DNA of 64,000 nucleotides from Azolla caroliniana (Eukaryota; Plantae; Polypodiophyta). The DNA lies in assembly GCA_043228905.1 (NCBI GenBank), contig JBHGNT010000022.1:1302001-1366000 (forward strand), read 5' to 3'. Numbering within the stretch: the stretch's first letter is position 1; each line of letters opens with the position of its first letter. Of this stretch, positions 37,873-50,506 are shown piece by piece. The notes under the pieces were generated by a model. It was not told where the DNA came from, did no database searches, and worked only from the letters and a program-made list of their open reading frames with translations. The translations under genes were made by a program, and so were the position numbers.

Positions 37873-40800
37873 TGTTGAGTGAGCAAGCTCAACCAGATCC
37901 GGATCGGCTGAATAAGCCAGAGCCGGATCGGTATCCGGATCGGAGAACCGGATGATATCCGGAACCAAGAGCCGGATCGGATTGAAACTGGTACGCCATT
38001 AGAGGCCTACGGATCCGTTAGAGGCCTACGGATCCATTGAAGTACCTGCCAGTCCTTTATGGACATGTAGAAAAGTGCTATTTGAGCACATTCTATGTAC
38101 AGAATATTGAGATTATTATTTTGAATAGAGTTTTACGTTCTGCTCTCTCTGTCTCTGTCTCTCTTTGTCCCTCCTGTGTATGCTTATTCTCTGTGTTAAG
38201 CTTCCATTAAACCTTCTTCTCTTTACTGTTACTATCCGGTAGAGCCAGTTGGCATAAGTTTCCGCATGCTAACTTTTACATGGTATCAAAGCGCAAGGGT
38301 TGAGAACCTTTGTAGCCGATGACCAACTAGTGAAGACAAACCCTAACACCCCATGAAGAACAGAAGAGAACCTAAGATGGACAGAGGAATGGAAAGTTCA
38401 CTTCCGACGGAAAAGCTCGACCACAGCAACTATGCATCCTGGTCATATAAAATGCACCAGTACCTGTTGGGGAATAGATATTGGAGCTATGTGGAAGGAA
38501 CCAACGAGGTAGCACCGGAGCCGACACACAAAGACTTCCCAGCATGGGAGCAAGGAGCGAGCCGAGTATTGTACTGTCTCGCATCCGGTGTGCACGATCA
38601 GATGCTTGGCTACATCAAGGATGTAAAAACGCCACAGGAGGCCTAGGAAAATCTTCGGAAGATTTTCGCCGCGAGTACCACAACCCGTAAGTTGCAGCTC
38701 TGGCAAGAGCTAAACAACATCCAACAAAGAGATATGTCGGTTATGGACTACACCACTAAGATGAAGGAGATTTGCGACGTGCTCAGGTCCATCAACGTGA
38801 TGGTGGACGAAGACGAGATGGTTCAAATCTGCCTCGGTGGTCTAGCACAATGGTACGATCCAATCCGGATGGCAATTTACACCAGGGAGAAGTCACCGTC
38901 CTTCTTTGACTTGCAATCAATGTTGATGGTCAAAGAAAACCACGCCAGTGGGTCGAGGACCACTTAATTGGACAACCAGATACTGTACACGGAGGCGGAT
39001 CGGTCCCGTGGGTGTGGAGGACGAGGTGGGTCGGCACACAATGGAGGCGACCGGCAAGAACAGACCCGAAGGCACAGAGACAATGCCAACAATAGTTCCG
39101 GACCCTCCACAAGCAGGGGGAGTCATAACGATGCCGGAAATCAGCAAGGAAAGGCTGACACGGAAAAAGCGTGGCAAGAAAGGCCACAGGGAGAGCGAGT
39201 GCTGGAAGAAGCGACCTGATTCGGATAAATCCGGATCCGGAAAGACCGGACAGGGAAACCGACAAAGCTGACACTACGCAAAAGGATCGGAAGGATCCGG
39301 AACTGGGAAGACCGGAAAAAGGCCAGTCTTTGTGATGAAGCACAAGGCTAACTCGATGAAGAAGACTACTTCCAAATCAAAGGAAGTATGGTACGGGGAT
39401 TCAGGAGTGTCCAACCACATGATGAGCCATGAAGAGTGGTTGTCTTTCTTGGAGAAACCGGAACAACCGGGGATTGTTGAAACCGGAGACGACACTCCTC
39501 ACCCGATTGTGCATGTCGGAGAAGTTCCTTTAAGCCATGTTAGACAAAAGGGAAAGCTGATGAACGTATTACACGTTTCGACTATCACAAAGAACTTGGT
39601 ATCGGTCGGACAAATCATCGACCAGGGAATGCACGTGCGGTTTACACACGTCGGGTGCTTCATTGAGGGAGAAGGCCTAATAATTGTGCAAGGTCGCAGG
39701 GCAGGGAGGATGTTCATCCTCAACACAAATGAAATCGGCACCACCATGTTTGCCAAGGGACAGAAGTTTGAACCGAACATCGATCTCTGGCATAAGCGGA
39801 TCGGCCACGTCAACTACCAGAAGTTTCAAGATCTGTAATCGAAACAAGTTGTGTTTAGATTGCTGAAGTTTAGTGGCCGGAAGGCCCAAATATGTGAAGC
39901 CTGCCAACTCGGGAAGCAACACCGGCTTCCATTCCCCACCGAATGAAACCGGAGCCGTAACAAGCTCGACTTAATCCATTTGGATGTATGGGGACCAACA
40001 CAAAACGTTAGTCTTGGCGGGAATCGGTATTCCGTCTCCTTCATCGACGACTACAGTCGGCACACATGGATCTACCCCATCGAGAAGGAAAGCAAAGTCT
40101 TCGACTGTTTCCGGAACCTTCGAAGCTTAGTCGAAAGGGAAATGGATAGGAAGATAAAGTGCCTATGGTCGGATGGTGGCCAATTCAATTGTTATCTGCA
40201 GCAGAACAAAATTTGGAGAGAATTCAACTTCAGATACACACCAGAGCAAAATGGTGTGGCCGAAAGGAAGAACCGGTCGATTGTCGACGCGGGAAGGGCT
40301 ATGCTGCAGGAGAAGAGCATGCCCCACTTCTATTGGGCTAAGCCGGTCCAGATGGGTGTCTACATCCAAAACCGGATCGGAGACAAGTTGTCAACACATG
40401 AGTTGTATTTCAGGTATAAACCAAATTTGAGGCATCTTCGGATATTTGGTAGCATAACATATGTGCATGTACCGGGTGAGAAGCGGAAGAAGCTAGATCT
40501 GAAGTCAGAGAAGTGCATCCTAGTCGGTTACTCGCATGAGCAAAAGGGGTATAAGTGCTATAACCCCCAGACTAAATAGGTACGAGTAAGTTGAGATGTC
40601 GAGTTTGATGAGTCGGCATCATGGTACACCCTACCGACTCGAACTCCCGACGAAGACCCGATTCCGGAAGATGAGGCTATTGAGCCCGAGGAGGTCCAGG
40701 AAGAAGATGAAGACTTCGGCACTATAGAAGAGAGTTCGATCTCATTCCAGCTAAGTGGACCAAATGAGCGGCTCAGTCGGGATGACCAGTCAGATGAAGA

Positions 40801-43524
40801 ACCGGTGAGTAGTGGAGACTCTGTCGTGCTCTCCTCGCGACCCCGGAAAGGAAGAAGACGGATCTTTGGAAAGGAAGTCCGAACTTGCGAAGGAGGGACT
40901 CAAACCAGCTAACAAAAAGTTACGTTGGTCAACCCGTCAGAAGAAAACCGTCATGAGGTATGCGTACAATGAATACATGGCGCAACACTATGCGTACATG
41001 ACTAAGGTGGCGGAAGTGCGTGAGCCAGAGAGCTACGCAAAAGCAGCAAAAGACGCAAATTGGTGTGCTGCTATGGAGGAAGAAATGCAGGCACTAGATG
41101 CCAACGATATGTGGGACCTGGTTGACCCTCCCTGACAGTGCAAACCGATCGGGTGCAAATGGGTGTACAAAGTAAAGCATAACGCCGACGGTTCGGTCAA
41201 CCGATACAAGGCCCGATTAGTGGCGAAGGGATACCCATAGACCCATGGAATGGACTACGACGAGACCTTCACTCCGGTAGCGAAGATGATGACAATTCAT
41301 GTGGTACTAGCGGTTGCTGCGGCAAGGGGATGACATCTTCACCAAATGGACGTGAAGAATGTGTTTCTTCAAGGTGACCTTGAAGAACGGGTTTATATGA
41401 TCCAACCCCCCGGATTCCAATCGGAGATGAACAAGTTAGCAGTGTGTTGACTCAAAAAGTCGCTTTATTGTATGAAGTAAGCCCCTCGAGCTTGGAATGC
41501 GAAGATCACGCACCAGTTGCGTAAGATGGGGTTTGCGGCCTCAAAGTCCGACTCTTCATTGTTCATCTAGAATGGTCCGGATGGTCCGGTTTGCATTTTG
41601 CTTTATGTAGATGATTTAGTCATCACCGGACCTCGGACTCGTTGAAATCGGCTGAGTGAAGTCCCTGTTGTCAGACACATTTGAAATGAAGGACCTAGGG
41701 GACCTTCATTATTTTCTTGGGATCGAGGTGATCCGAATCCCCGATGGCATATTGCTCTCACAATGCCATTATGTGTTGAATATGCTGTACAAGTTCGGCA
41801 TGACTGAATGCTGACTGATCTCCACACCCCTGGACCGGAACCTGAAACTATGTCCCGACTCCGGACCGGCCTGCAATGAGAAACGGTTCCGACAATTTGT
41901 CGGAAGCCTTATCTACTTGACAATCACCCAACTCGACATCAGTTATCCAGTCGGAGTGATCAGCCAGTTCATGCAGAAGCCAACCGTGGAGCACCTTTAG
42001 TGCGCGCATCGAATATTGCGGTATGTGAGCGGCATGAAGGACAAAGGACTATTATTCCAGTATGGTATAACTGAAGAGCTAGTCGGATACACAGATGCCG
42101 ACTGGGCTACTGATGCATCGGATCGCCAATCCACCTCCTGTTACATGTTTTGTCTTGGTAGTGCGGCTATTGCATGGAGCAGCAAAAAGCAGCCAACAGT
42201 GGCTCTGTCGAGCACTAAGGCTGAATACCGGGGCACTACCATTGCCACCTATGAAGCCATCTGGCTTCGGCGACTGCTGCGTGACCTCCGGATCGAGGTG
42301 ACGACCCCAATCCCGATCCACTGGGACAACAGAGCAACATACAACTTGCCAAGAACCCCGTATTCCATGCTCAGACAAAGCACATAGAAGTGCATTATCA
42401 CTTTGTTCGTGAGCGGGTCCTGAGCGGGGAAGTTGAACTTCAGTATGTTCACACAGATCGGCAGGTTTTCGACATCTTCACCAAGCTGCTGAGATCAGAC
42501 AAATTGCAACCTTTTTTGGAGATGCTCAGTATTCAACATCTCGATGTGCGCACTTAAGGGGGAGAACAGGAACGAGAATGGATGGCACCGGACAAGGAGC
42601 CAAAGAGGAAGAAAGAACCAAGGGGGGAGATAAGCAGAAAAAGGAAGTTGAGCCGACCGAAGGAGTTAGCACATCCGTAGAAGTTGAGCAAGTGGTAGTG
42701 GCGGCAAAATAAAAAAGGATAGAGCTGACCGGAAGAAGAAGGCCAAGACCTGGTCGTGGTCTGATGTGGTGAAGGGCTTGAAAACCGGAGACGAGTTGGA
42801 GAACACCAATTCGGACAAGAGCCGGAACGAATCGGAATCGACCAATTCGGACAAGACATGGAACGAATTGTAGACAACCCATTCGGTTCAACAGATGGAT
42901 TCGGAAGAGCCGGATCTTCTTAAGGCCAAGCGGACACGGACGCAGTGGAAGTCGAGCCAACACGGAGGAGCCAACGGGTCGATGAGCGCTAGAGTCAAAA
43001 TAGCGAAGGAGCTGAAATGGGCCTGTTGAGCAGACAAGCCGACCAAGGAGGTCGAGGTGCGCAGTACCGGACGGGTTGCGAGAAGCGGAGCCGGACCAAA
43101 CGAGGAGCGCAAGCAAGGCGGGAGGACGTCAGAAGGAGCCAGAGGAAAGGATTGGCTACTACAGACACTGACACCATGATCTGACCTCAAGTTGAGCTTT
43201 AGGGGGAGTGTTGAGCGAGCAAGCTCAACCGGATCGATATCGACTGAATAAGCCAGAGCCGGATCGGAGAACTGGATCGGTGTCCGGATGATATCCGGAA
43301 CCAGGAGCAGGATCGGAGACCCGTATTGGATTTAAACCGGTAGGTTGTTAGAGGCCTACGGATCCAGTCTAGTACGTAGGTATATTTTTGGGAGTCAATG
43401 ATAGTCGCTCATGTGAGCATTGAAGTACCTGTCAGTCCTTTATGGACATGTATAAAAGTGCTCTCTAAGCACATTCTATGTACAGAATATTGAGAGTATT
43501 ATTTTGAATAGAGTTTTACGTTCT

Positions 43525-43565
<41 letters not shown>

Positions 43566-43652
43566 TATGCTTATTCTCTGTGTTAAGCTTCTCTTTACTG
43601 TTACTATCCGGTAGAGTCGGTTGGCATAAGGTTCCGCATGCTAACTTTTACA
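37873..43652 (+). mobile_element. Degenerate copia 'F' (related to B) inserted in the RNase H of gypsy A
   Basis: LTRs 37873-38280 and 43209-43652; TSD CGAAC; PBS TGGTATCAAAGC. Gag-pol is broken by many stops and is homologous to B throughout. Confidence 0.93.
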
Positions 43653-44484
43653 CGAACTTTAAATCGTAGACAGACACGATGGTCAACCTTCTTGGCAGAC
43701 TATGATTTTGTGATAATCTTTCAACCTAGTGCTCAACACATGACGACCGATGTCTTATTCCGTCGGTTTGAGTTCGAGCTCACTCCGAAGGATGAAGCCT
43801 ATGTCCAACAGTCCCAGAGTTTGTAAAAGCTTGACCAATTCTACAACTTCACGACTTGCTTTGCTTCGGGATGACTCTTTGCTCAAGAAAGTAGCAAAAG
43901 CCACTACGACTGACAAGTTCGCCACAGAGGTCAAGGCAAGTATCACAAACCCCTCCCATGAAACCAAAAGGCCCGATTTAGTTTGTTTTACAATTCAGGA
44001 TAATCTTTTGTTTCGAGATAATCTTTTGTATGTCCCAAAAGGTCCGTGTCGGACTAGGGTGCTCCACGAGTGTCATGATGATCCACTTGTTGGTCATTTT
44101 GGCATTGCGAAAACCTTGGAGTTGATATCTCGGGGGTACTGGTGGCCACAACCATGGAAATTGGTCAAATAGTTCATTAAGTCATGCGACGTTTGTGTTC
44201 ACTCTAAAGCATCTCATCATCAACCATATGGTCTCCTTCAGCCTCTCCCAATCCCCAAACGGCCTTGGACCTCTCTTTCCATGGATTTCATCACTGACCT
44301 TCCCTTGGTTAGTGGCTATGACTCAGTATTCTTCATGGTTGATCATTTCACCAAGATGGCTCATTTTGCTCCATGTGCCAAAACCATTACTAGAGGGGAG
44401 ACTGCCGATTTGTTTTCAAATGACTCCATGGCCTCCTGAATGATATCACTTCTGATCGAGGACCACAATTTGTTTCCAATTTCT

Positions 44485-44800
44485 GTTGTGACCGTAGCGT
44501 CGTGACAAGGAGTGCGGGCGAACTAGCACAACTATTGAGATGATATGGGAAGAGTAAGAAAAGAAATAAAGCAATGATGCAAATGAAACTAAGGTGAGTA
44601 GGATTAGAGGTGAACAAGAGTAAAAGAGAAGAAGAGAATGAGATGAAAGAAAAAGAGAAGAGTGAGTGAGAAAAAAAGAAAAGCTTAAGAAATTTTCATT
44701 AGAAAGACCTTGTGCAAACTAGTTTCGCTCTAGGTAGAGCTCATTAGTTCCAAGGTCATTTACAACAAGAGGGTAGGTTTATATAGGGGGAAAAGAGAGA

Positions 44801-44845
<45 letters not shown>

Positions 44846-47800
44846 GGAGTTTAACGAGGGGAGTGAGGGAAATGAGGAATCATGATAGGCAAAGGATTGA
44901 TTAGTGAAAGTGGGCTAGAGGGGGGTTATATGTATGTATATGATAAGTGATAGGTGGGGGTGGGCTCTAAGAAGAGGGGGATTATAGGGGTGGGATATAA
45001 AAAGAATATAGTATTAAGTGGGAGTATTTATGGATTTATATTTAGTTTTGACGAGAAGGGAATGAATGGACTTAGACTTAGTCAAACATATGAAGGGTCG
45101 CGGTAGTTCAGATAGTTAGGGATGTGTGGCTAAATCTGTGTGGAGGTTTTCTAGCATGTCGTGAATTCCTAATCTAGGGGTATCTTTCGTATACCTGAGT
45201 TTGAAGATGACAGGTATAAGGGTACTTTTAGGTTTTCTACTAAATACTAGCGATTTCCTAGTGCTAAATAGGACCTTTTTATAATTCTCTAGTATAAAAG
45301 AAAGGGGATATCCTCTCTTAACTAATCTACTAAAAAATAGTTTTTTCATTCGAAGGAAACCTAAGGGGGCACTTTCTCTAATTAGGTATCGTTTTAGTTC
45401 ATTAATAATAAAATAACGTTTTAAGTGAAGGGGGTGAATTGATGAGAATGAGAGATATTGGTAGGCATTTTGGGGCTTTTGGTAGCAATTAAAGGAGAAA
45501 TGTGAATTCTTTAGGTTAATCCATAAATCTAAGAACGGTAATCTAAAGGGAGAAGTGGTGATGGTAATTTTGATGCAATTATTAGTGGAGGTGTTATAGA
45601 ACTGGAGGTAATTTTCTAATTCGTGTTTAGTACCCGTCCATATCCCGAATGCATCATCTATATATCTAGTGAAATAGAAAAGATTAGGGTGTGATGGTTG
45701 GGAGTTCTCTAAGTGAGCTAAGAATAGGCATGCATAAACTACAGAAAAATTACTACCCATGGCTGTACCCTTGACTTGTTGATAGATCATGTTATCAAAG
45801 GATAGAAAATGATATTCTAACGTGAGTGCACTAAGTGTATAGATAAGGTTAGTTTTAGAAGTTGAAAAATGTGGGGTAATCATTTTTCGTAAAGCTTCAA
45901 GTCCTAACCTAGGGGGTATGCTGGGATATAAAGATTCAACATCAAAGGTAAAGATAAAGCTATTAGGGGGTGGGTTGAGATGTTCTAAATTCTAGACAAG
46001 GGAATGTGAGTCTTTCAAATATTGCTTCTGAATGAAGGAGAAGGATAGGCATGAGTTGGTGGTGAAGCCATTTTGATGTTTGTTCAAAAAGGGAGTTATT
46101 GTATGAGCAAATAGGTCTAAAGCCTATTGGGTTCTTATGGAGTTTTGGGAGGAAATAGATATTGCATACTTGGTACCCTTTTGAGGGTTTGTGTAGTATG
46201 TAGTTGGCTTCTATGTTGGATAGGGTACCAAGATGGTTATTAACAATGCTTTTCAATCTATAGGATAACTCCTCAAGTGGATAGTGGGAGACTATTTTAT
46301 ATGTATTAGTATAGGAAATGTGTTCTATAGCTTTGTTATAGTATGTGCCCTTGTCAAGAACACACCAACATTTTTGTCAGCAAGTAGGATTATGATTTTG
46401 TTGTTTTTCTTAAGAGATTGTAAGGCTAGTGATTCCTAGTGTGTTTTAATTTGAGTGTATGAAGTGTGTCCCTAATGATAGTTTGGTGTTTAGCTATAAT
46501 GTTTTCTAGGGGAGTGTACTTAGTAGGAGGTTGCCAACTAGGGTTAGGTAGCTTAAAGGGATTTTGGGGCGAATTATCCACATCTTTGAAAAAATGTTTA
46601 AGTCGAAGGGTCCTACTTAGACTATCAAATTCTTTTAGGGTAGGGGATGACGGTGGAGAAGATGGGAGGATGTGTTTCAAACTTAGGCTAAGGAGTTGTG
46701 TCTCATGTTTAGAGAGGGAATAATTAGAGTGGTTGTGGATCCTACTACTAATTCTAGGTTTACTAAGGAGAGGCGTCCAAAATTTATTACGGGGTTTCCT
46801 ACTATGGGTCTTTTTCACATATGGGGAGAAGGGAAAATTAGACGTATGATGTCCTAACCACATGAAAGTATCTAAAGTAGAAGTAGGTCTATCAAGAAGG
46901 TAAAAGAGACGTTTAGCGGGATGTATGGCGTGCCGAAACTGTTTACTATCCCGTTTGGCACGCCTAGCTACATGTTTTTTGTCCTAACATTATTACATGG
47001 GAAAGTTTGTAGTTTCGTGGGAAGGGGACAATTATTGTGAGTACGGATAGGTTGTTTTCTATGAGGGATTTCATATACGTGTGGGGGAAATATAGAGGGT
47101 GGGGTAGAATATTGAAATCTACTAGAAGTGGAAGGGGAGTTATGTGTAAAGAAGGGGGGGGGGGTATGTATAAGAAATGCATGAAAAGGGGAAGGGGTAT
47201 AGTTTGGAAAATGGAGGAGAGAGGGAGGAGGAGGGCCGAGAAGGGAAGAGGGAAGGTCGTTCGTGCCATGGCTTGCATGATCTCTTGCACAACCGCCATG
47301 GGGATACACTTATTGTCTTCTGTCAGCACGTGTGCCGCTTCCATAAGATGACGGCCTTCACATTGGATGTACTCCTATTTCGGCCCGTAGGATAATTATC
47401 GTCGCGGCTCATGTAGCCGCCGTTATGGTGTGTCAGTCATCCACCATCGCCGCACGTATAGCCGCTATCGACTGCATGGCCTCCTGGATGATATCATTTC
47501 CGATCGAGGTCCACAATTTGTTTCCAATTTCTGTTGTGACCGTAGCGTCATGACAAGGTGTGCGAGTGAACTAGCACAACTATTGAGATGATATGGGAAG
47601 AGTAAGAAAAAAAATAAAGCAATGATGTAAGTGAAACTAAGTGAGTAGGATTAGAGGTGAACAAGAGTAAAAGAGAAGGAGAGAATGAGATGAAAGAAGA
47701 AGAGAAGAGTGAGTGAGAAAAAAAGAAAAGCTTAAGAAATTTTCATTAGAAAGACCTTGTGCAAACTAGTTTCGCTCTAGGTAGAGCTCATTAGTTCCAA

Positions 47801-48098
47801 GGTCATTTACAACAAGAGGGTAGGTTTATATAGGGGGAAGAGAGAGAGAGAGAGATAGAGAGAGAGAATAGGAGTTTAATGAGGGGAGTGAGGGAAACGA
47901 GGAATCGTGATAGGCAAATGATTGATAAGTGAAAGTGGGCTAGAGGGGGGTTATATGTATGTATATGATAAGTGATAGGTGGGGGTGGGCTCTAAGAAGA
48001 GGGGGATTATAGGGGTGGGATATAAAAAGAATATAGTATTAAGTGGGAGTATTTATGGATTTATATTTAGTTTTCACGAGAAGGGAATGAATGGACAT
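44485..48098 (-). mobile_element. Penelope-like retroelement with direct pseudo-LTRs, inserted in the integrase of gypsy A
   Basis: RT motifs IYFLPKLHK.P.GFRPI, TFDVESLYP, QVKGTAMGS, YFTRYIDD, LPFLDL, YQKP..YQYLSFSS.HP (45116-46863, frameshifted). Direct repeats at 44485-45071 and 47533-48096. Confidence 0.9.
44706..44757 (-). ncRNA. Minimal type I hammerhead-ribozyme-like motif in the pseudo-LTR (second copy 47753-47804)
   Basis: GACCUUG-GAA-CUAAUGA-GCUCUA(CC)UAGAGC-GAAAC-UA-GUU-UGCA-CAAGGUC. The core has A in place of the G of CUGAUGA. Confidence 0.7.
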
Positions 48099-49562
48099 TG
48101 ACTACATGGCCTCCTAGATGATATCACTTCTGATCGAGGACCACAATTTGTTTCCAATTTCTAGCGGCGCCTTCTGCAATCCTTCAGTTGTATTGTGAAT
48201 CTATCTTCTACAATATCATCCGCAAACTGATGGACAAATGAAGCGGGTTAACGAAATCCTAGAACAATACTTGCGATGCTCTCTTAGCTACCAACAAGAC
48301 AATTGGGTTGACCTTCTCCCATTTGCTGAGTTCGCCCACAACAACTCTCAGCATGCATCTATGGGAGTTACTCCATTTTTTGCAAACAATGGTGTCCACC
48401 CCCGCTTCAACATTTCGCTTCCCTCTGAGTCCATTTTTTGCAAACTATGGTGTCCACCCCCCCTTCAACATTTCGCTTCCCTCTGACTCTGTCAATCCTT
48501 CTGTGGAGGACCGGGCACATCTCTTGAAGGATGTACATTACGACCTTTCCTTGGAGCTCACCCTTGCTGGCGAACGCTACAAGGAGCAAGCTGACCATCT
48601 TTGCTTAGATGCTCCCCGGTTCGAGGTAGGTGACTTTGTTTGGCTTCTCCGTCGCAATATTGCGACCACTCATCCTTGTCCGAAGCTTGATTACAATAAG
48701 TTAGGCCCTTTCCGAATCATTGAGTAAATTGGTTCCATGGCTGTCTGCTTAGAGCTACCATCCCACTTCCGTATTCATAATGTATTCCATGTCTCCCTTC
48801 TGGAACCTCACCATATATCTGAAATGCCCGGTCGACATCCTTCTCCTCCACTACCAATCTAGCTCTCGACCGGAGAAGAATATGAGGTTGACCAAATTCT
48901 CAACTCTCGTCTCTTCCGTCGCCAACTTCAATACCTTGTCCTCTAGAAAGGGTACCCGATCTCTGAAGTAACATGGGAGCCAACACACCATCTCAAGCAT
49001 GCCCCAGACATAGTTCGAGCATTTCATGAACGTTATCCACAAAAACCGGCCGCGGGTCCAAGGAGGCGGCCTTAGAGGGAGGATAATGTCATAGACAAGA
49101 TGTCAGATGGAATCGTGGGGGTTGAACCCATGACCTTTTGGTCTTATGGGGCAACCTTACCGGTTGAGCTACATCCATCTATGCATTATTGTATTGTATG
49201 AGATTCAACTTATTCCATTGTAGATTCATCACTAGAGCTTTCAAGAACCTTCTAGAGAATGCATGTTCATGCACTCTCTAGAAGTTTTCTAGCTTTCATG
49301 CATACCTCTACGTTCTTGTATAAATGCGTAGGTGCACCTTGATTATAATCAAGGTGAACAAGAACAGTTACGAAAGCATAATTCAGTTCTTGTTCTTTTA
49401 TCTATTTTCTCTCTCTCTTGCTTGTTCTCTTGCCTATGCTCTCTCTCCCGCTATCTCTTAGTATTGAACCTCAACCTCGTCTACTTGTCTGTGATAGTCT
49501 TGTTCTCTTGCTTATGGTCTCGCTCTCTCTTAGTATTTAGCCTCAACCACCCATTCGTGACA

Positions 49563-50506
49563 GCTCCTTTCTCCCATGTTGGGTGATTGGCGTTTGTGAT
49601 GCTAGGTTTGTTTTTGAGTGCACCGGTGATGTAGCTCCAATACCCTTGGCCGACAAGGTATTGGTTCATCTTGTACTCCCAAGATGAATAATTGCTCCAG
49701 TCTAGCTTTTCACTAGGGAGTGAGCTACCCATTTGTGTGTTCATGTTGTTGTAATTTCTTCCTTTTTGGCGTTTCTTCCTTCGGTCACGTACACGTGCTA
49801 TGGTAACGGATAGCCAGAATTTGTTGTTGGTGTTTCAAACACACAATCACGAAGAGTCTGGTTGGCTTAGTGGATGTGCTAAACCACATGCTTTGATACC
49901 ATGTTAATAAATAGGTTATTAACCAGGGTTAATGAGTGACTAATTATGTGAGTAGTTAAGTAGCGGAAGATTATGTCATACGTGTGCCTATGTGTGTGAG
50001 AGGAAGAGAGAGAGGAAGTTACACTTATGAACAATAATACAAATGGGGGATGATTAATGAGAGTGTATATTAAAGAGCATCATCAAAATACAAAAATACC
50101 CACAATGAGGTATATATATATCTCATGTGCAAAGGTGCACATGTGTGAGTACCTATAACATCATCAAAATACAAAAATACCCACAATGAGGTATATATAT
50201 ATCTCATGTGCAAAGGTGCACATGTGTGAGTACCTATAGCATCATCAAAATACAAAAATACCCACAATGAGGTATATATATATCTCATGTGCAAAGGTGC
50301 ACATGTGTGAGTAGAATATAGGTACAAAGTTGTAAGTACTATATTAAATGAACATGGGAGTGGAGGATCTACAATGTATCCCACTCAAGTACAAAATCCT
50401 ATTTAAGGCTTTATGGTCAACACACTAAGTAGATTCTATCTAGGTAACTACTAAATTACGTGTGTTGACTAACTAACTAAATCTTGTTGAACTTGATATC
50501 TCAACT
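49563..50506 (-). mobile_element. Truncated copia 'I': 5' LTR, PBS and start of gag
   Basis: LTR ~49902-50506; PBS TGGTATCAAAGC at 49890-49901; gag MGSSLPSEKLDWSNYSSWEYKM cut by the gypsy A 3' LTR. Confidence 0.8.
50076..50313. repeat. Three 81-bp tandem repeats inside the copia I LTR
   Basis: CATCATCAAAATACAAAAATACCCACAATGAGGTATATATATATCTCATGTGCAAAGGTGCACATGTGTGAGTA occurs three times. Confidence 0.9.

Larger units (their letters stand above)
16427..49562 (+). mobile_element. Chromovirus-type (Tcn1/Tf1-like) gypsy LTR retrotransposon 'A', degenerate, host of the nest
   Basis: 5' LTR 16427-22548 (split by copia B) and 3' LTR 49087-49562, both TG..CA; PPT AGAGGGAGGATAA. Gag ~22615-23595 (CCHC); protease LLDSGAT; [19 protein letters not shown]; RNase H VETDASD; integrase SMDFITDLP; C-terminal chromodomain EEYEVDQILNSR..QYLV..KGYP..TWEP. 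Many stops and frameshifts. No matching TSD. Confidence 0.9.
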
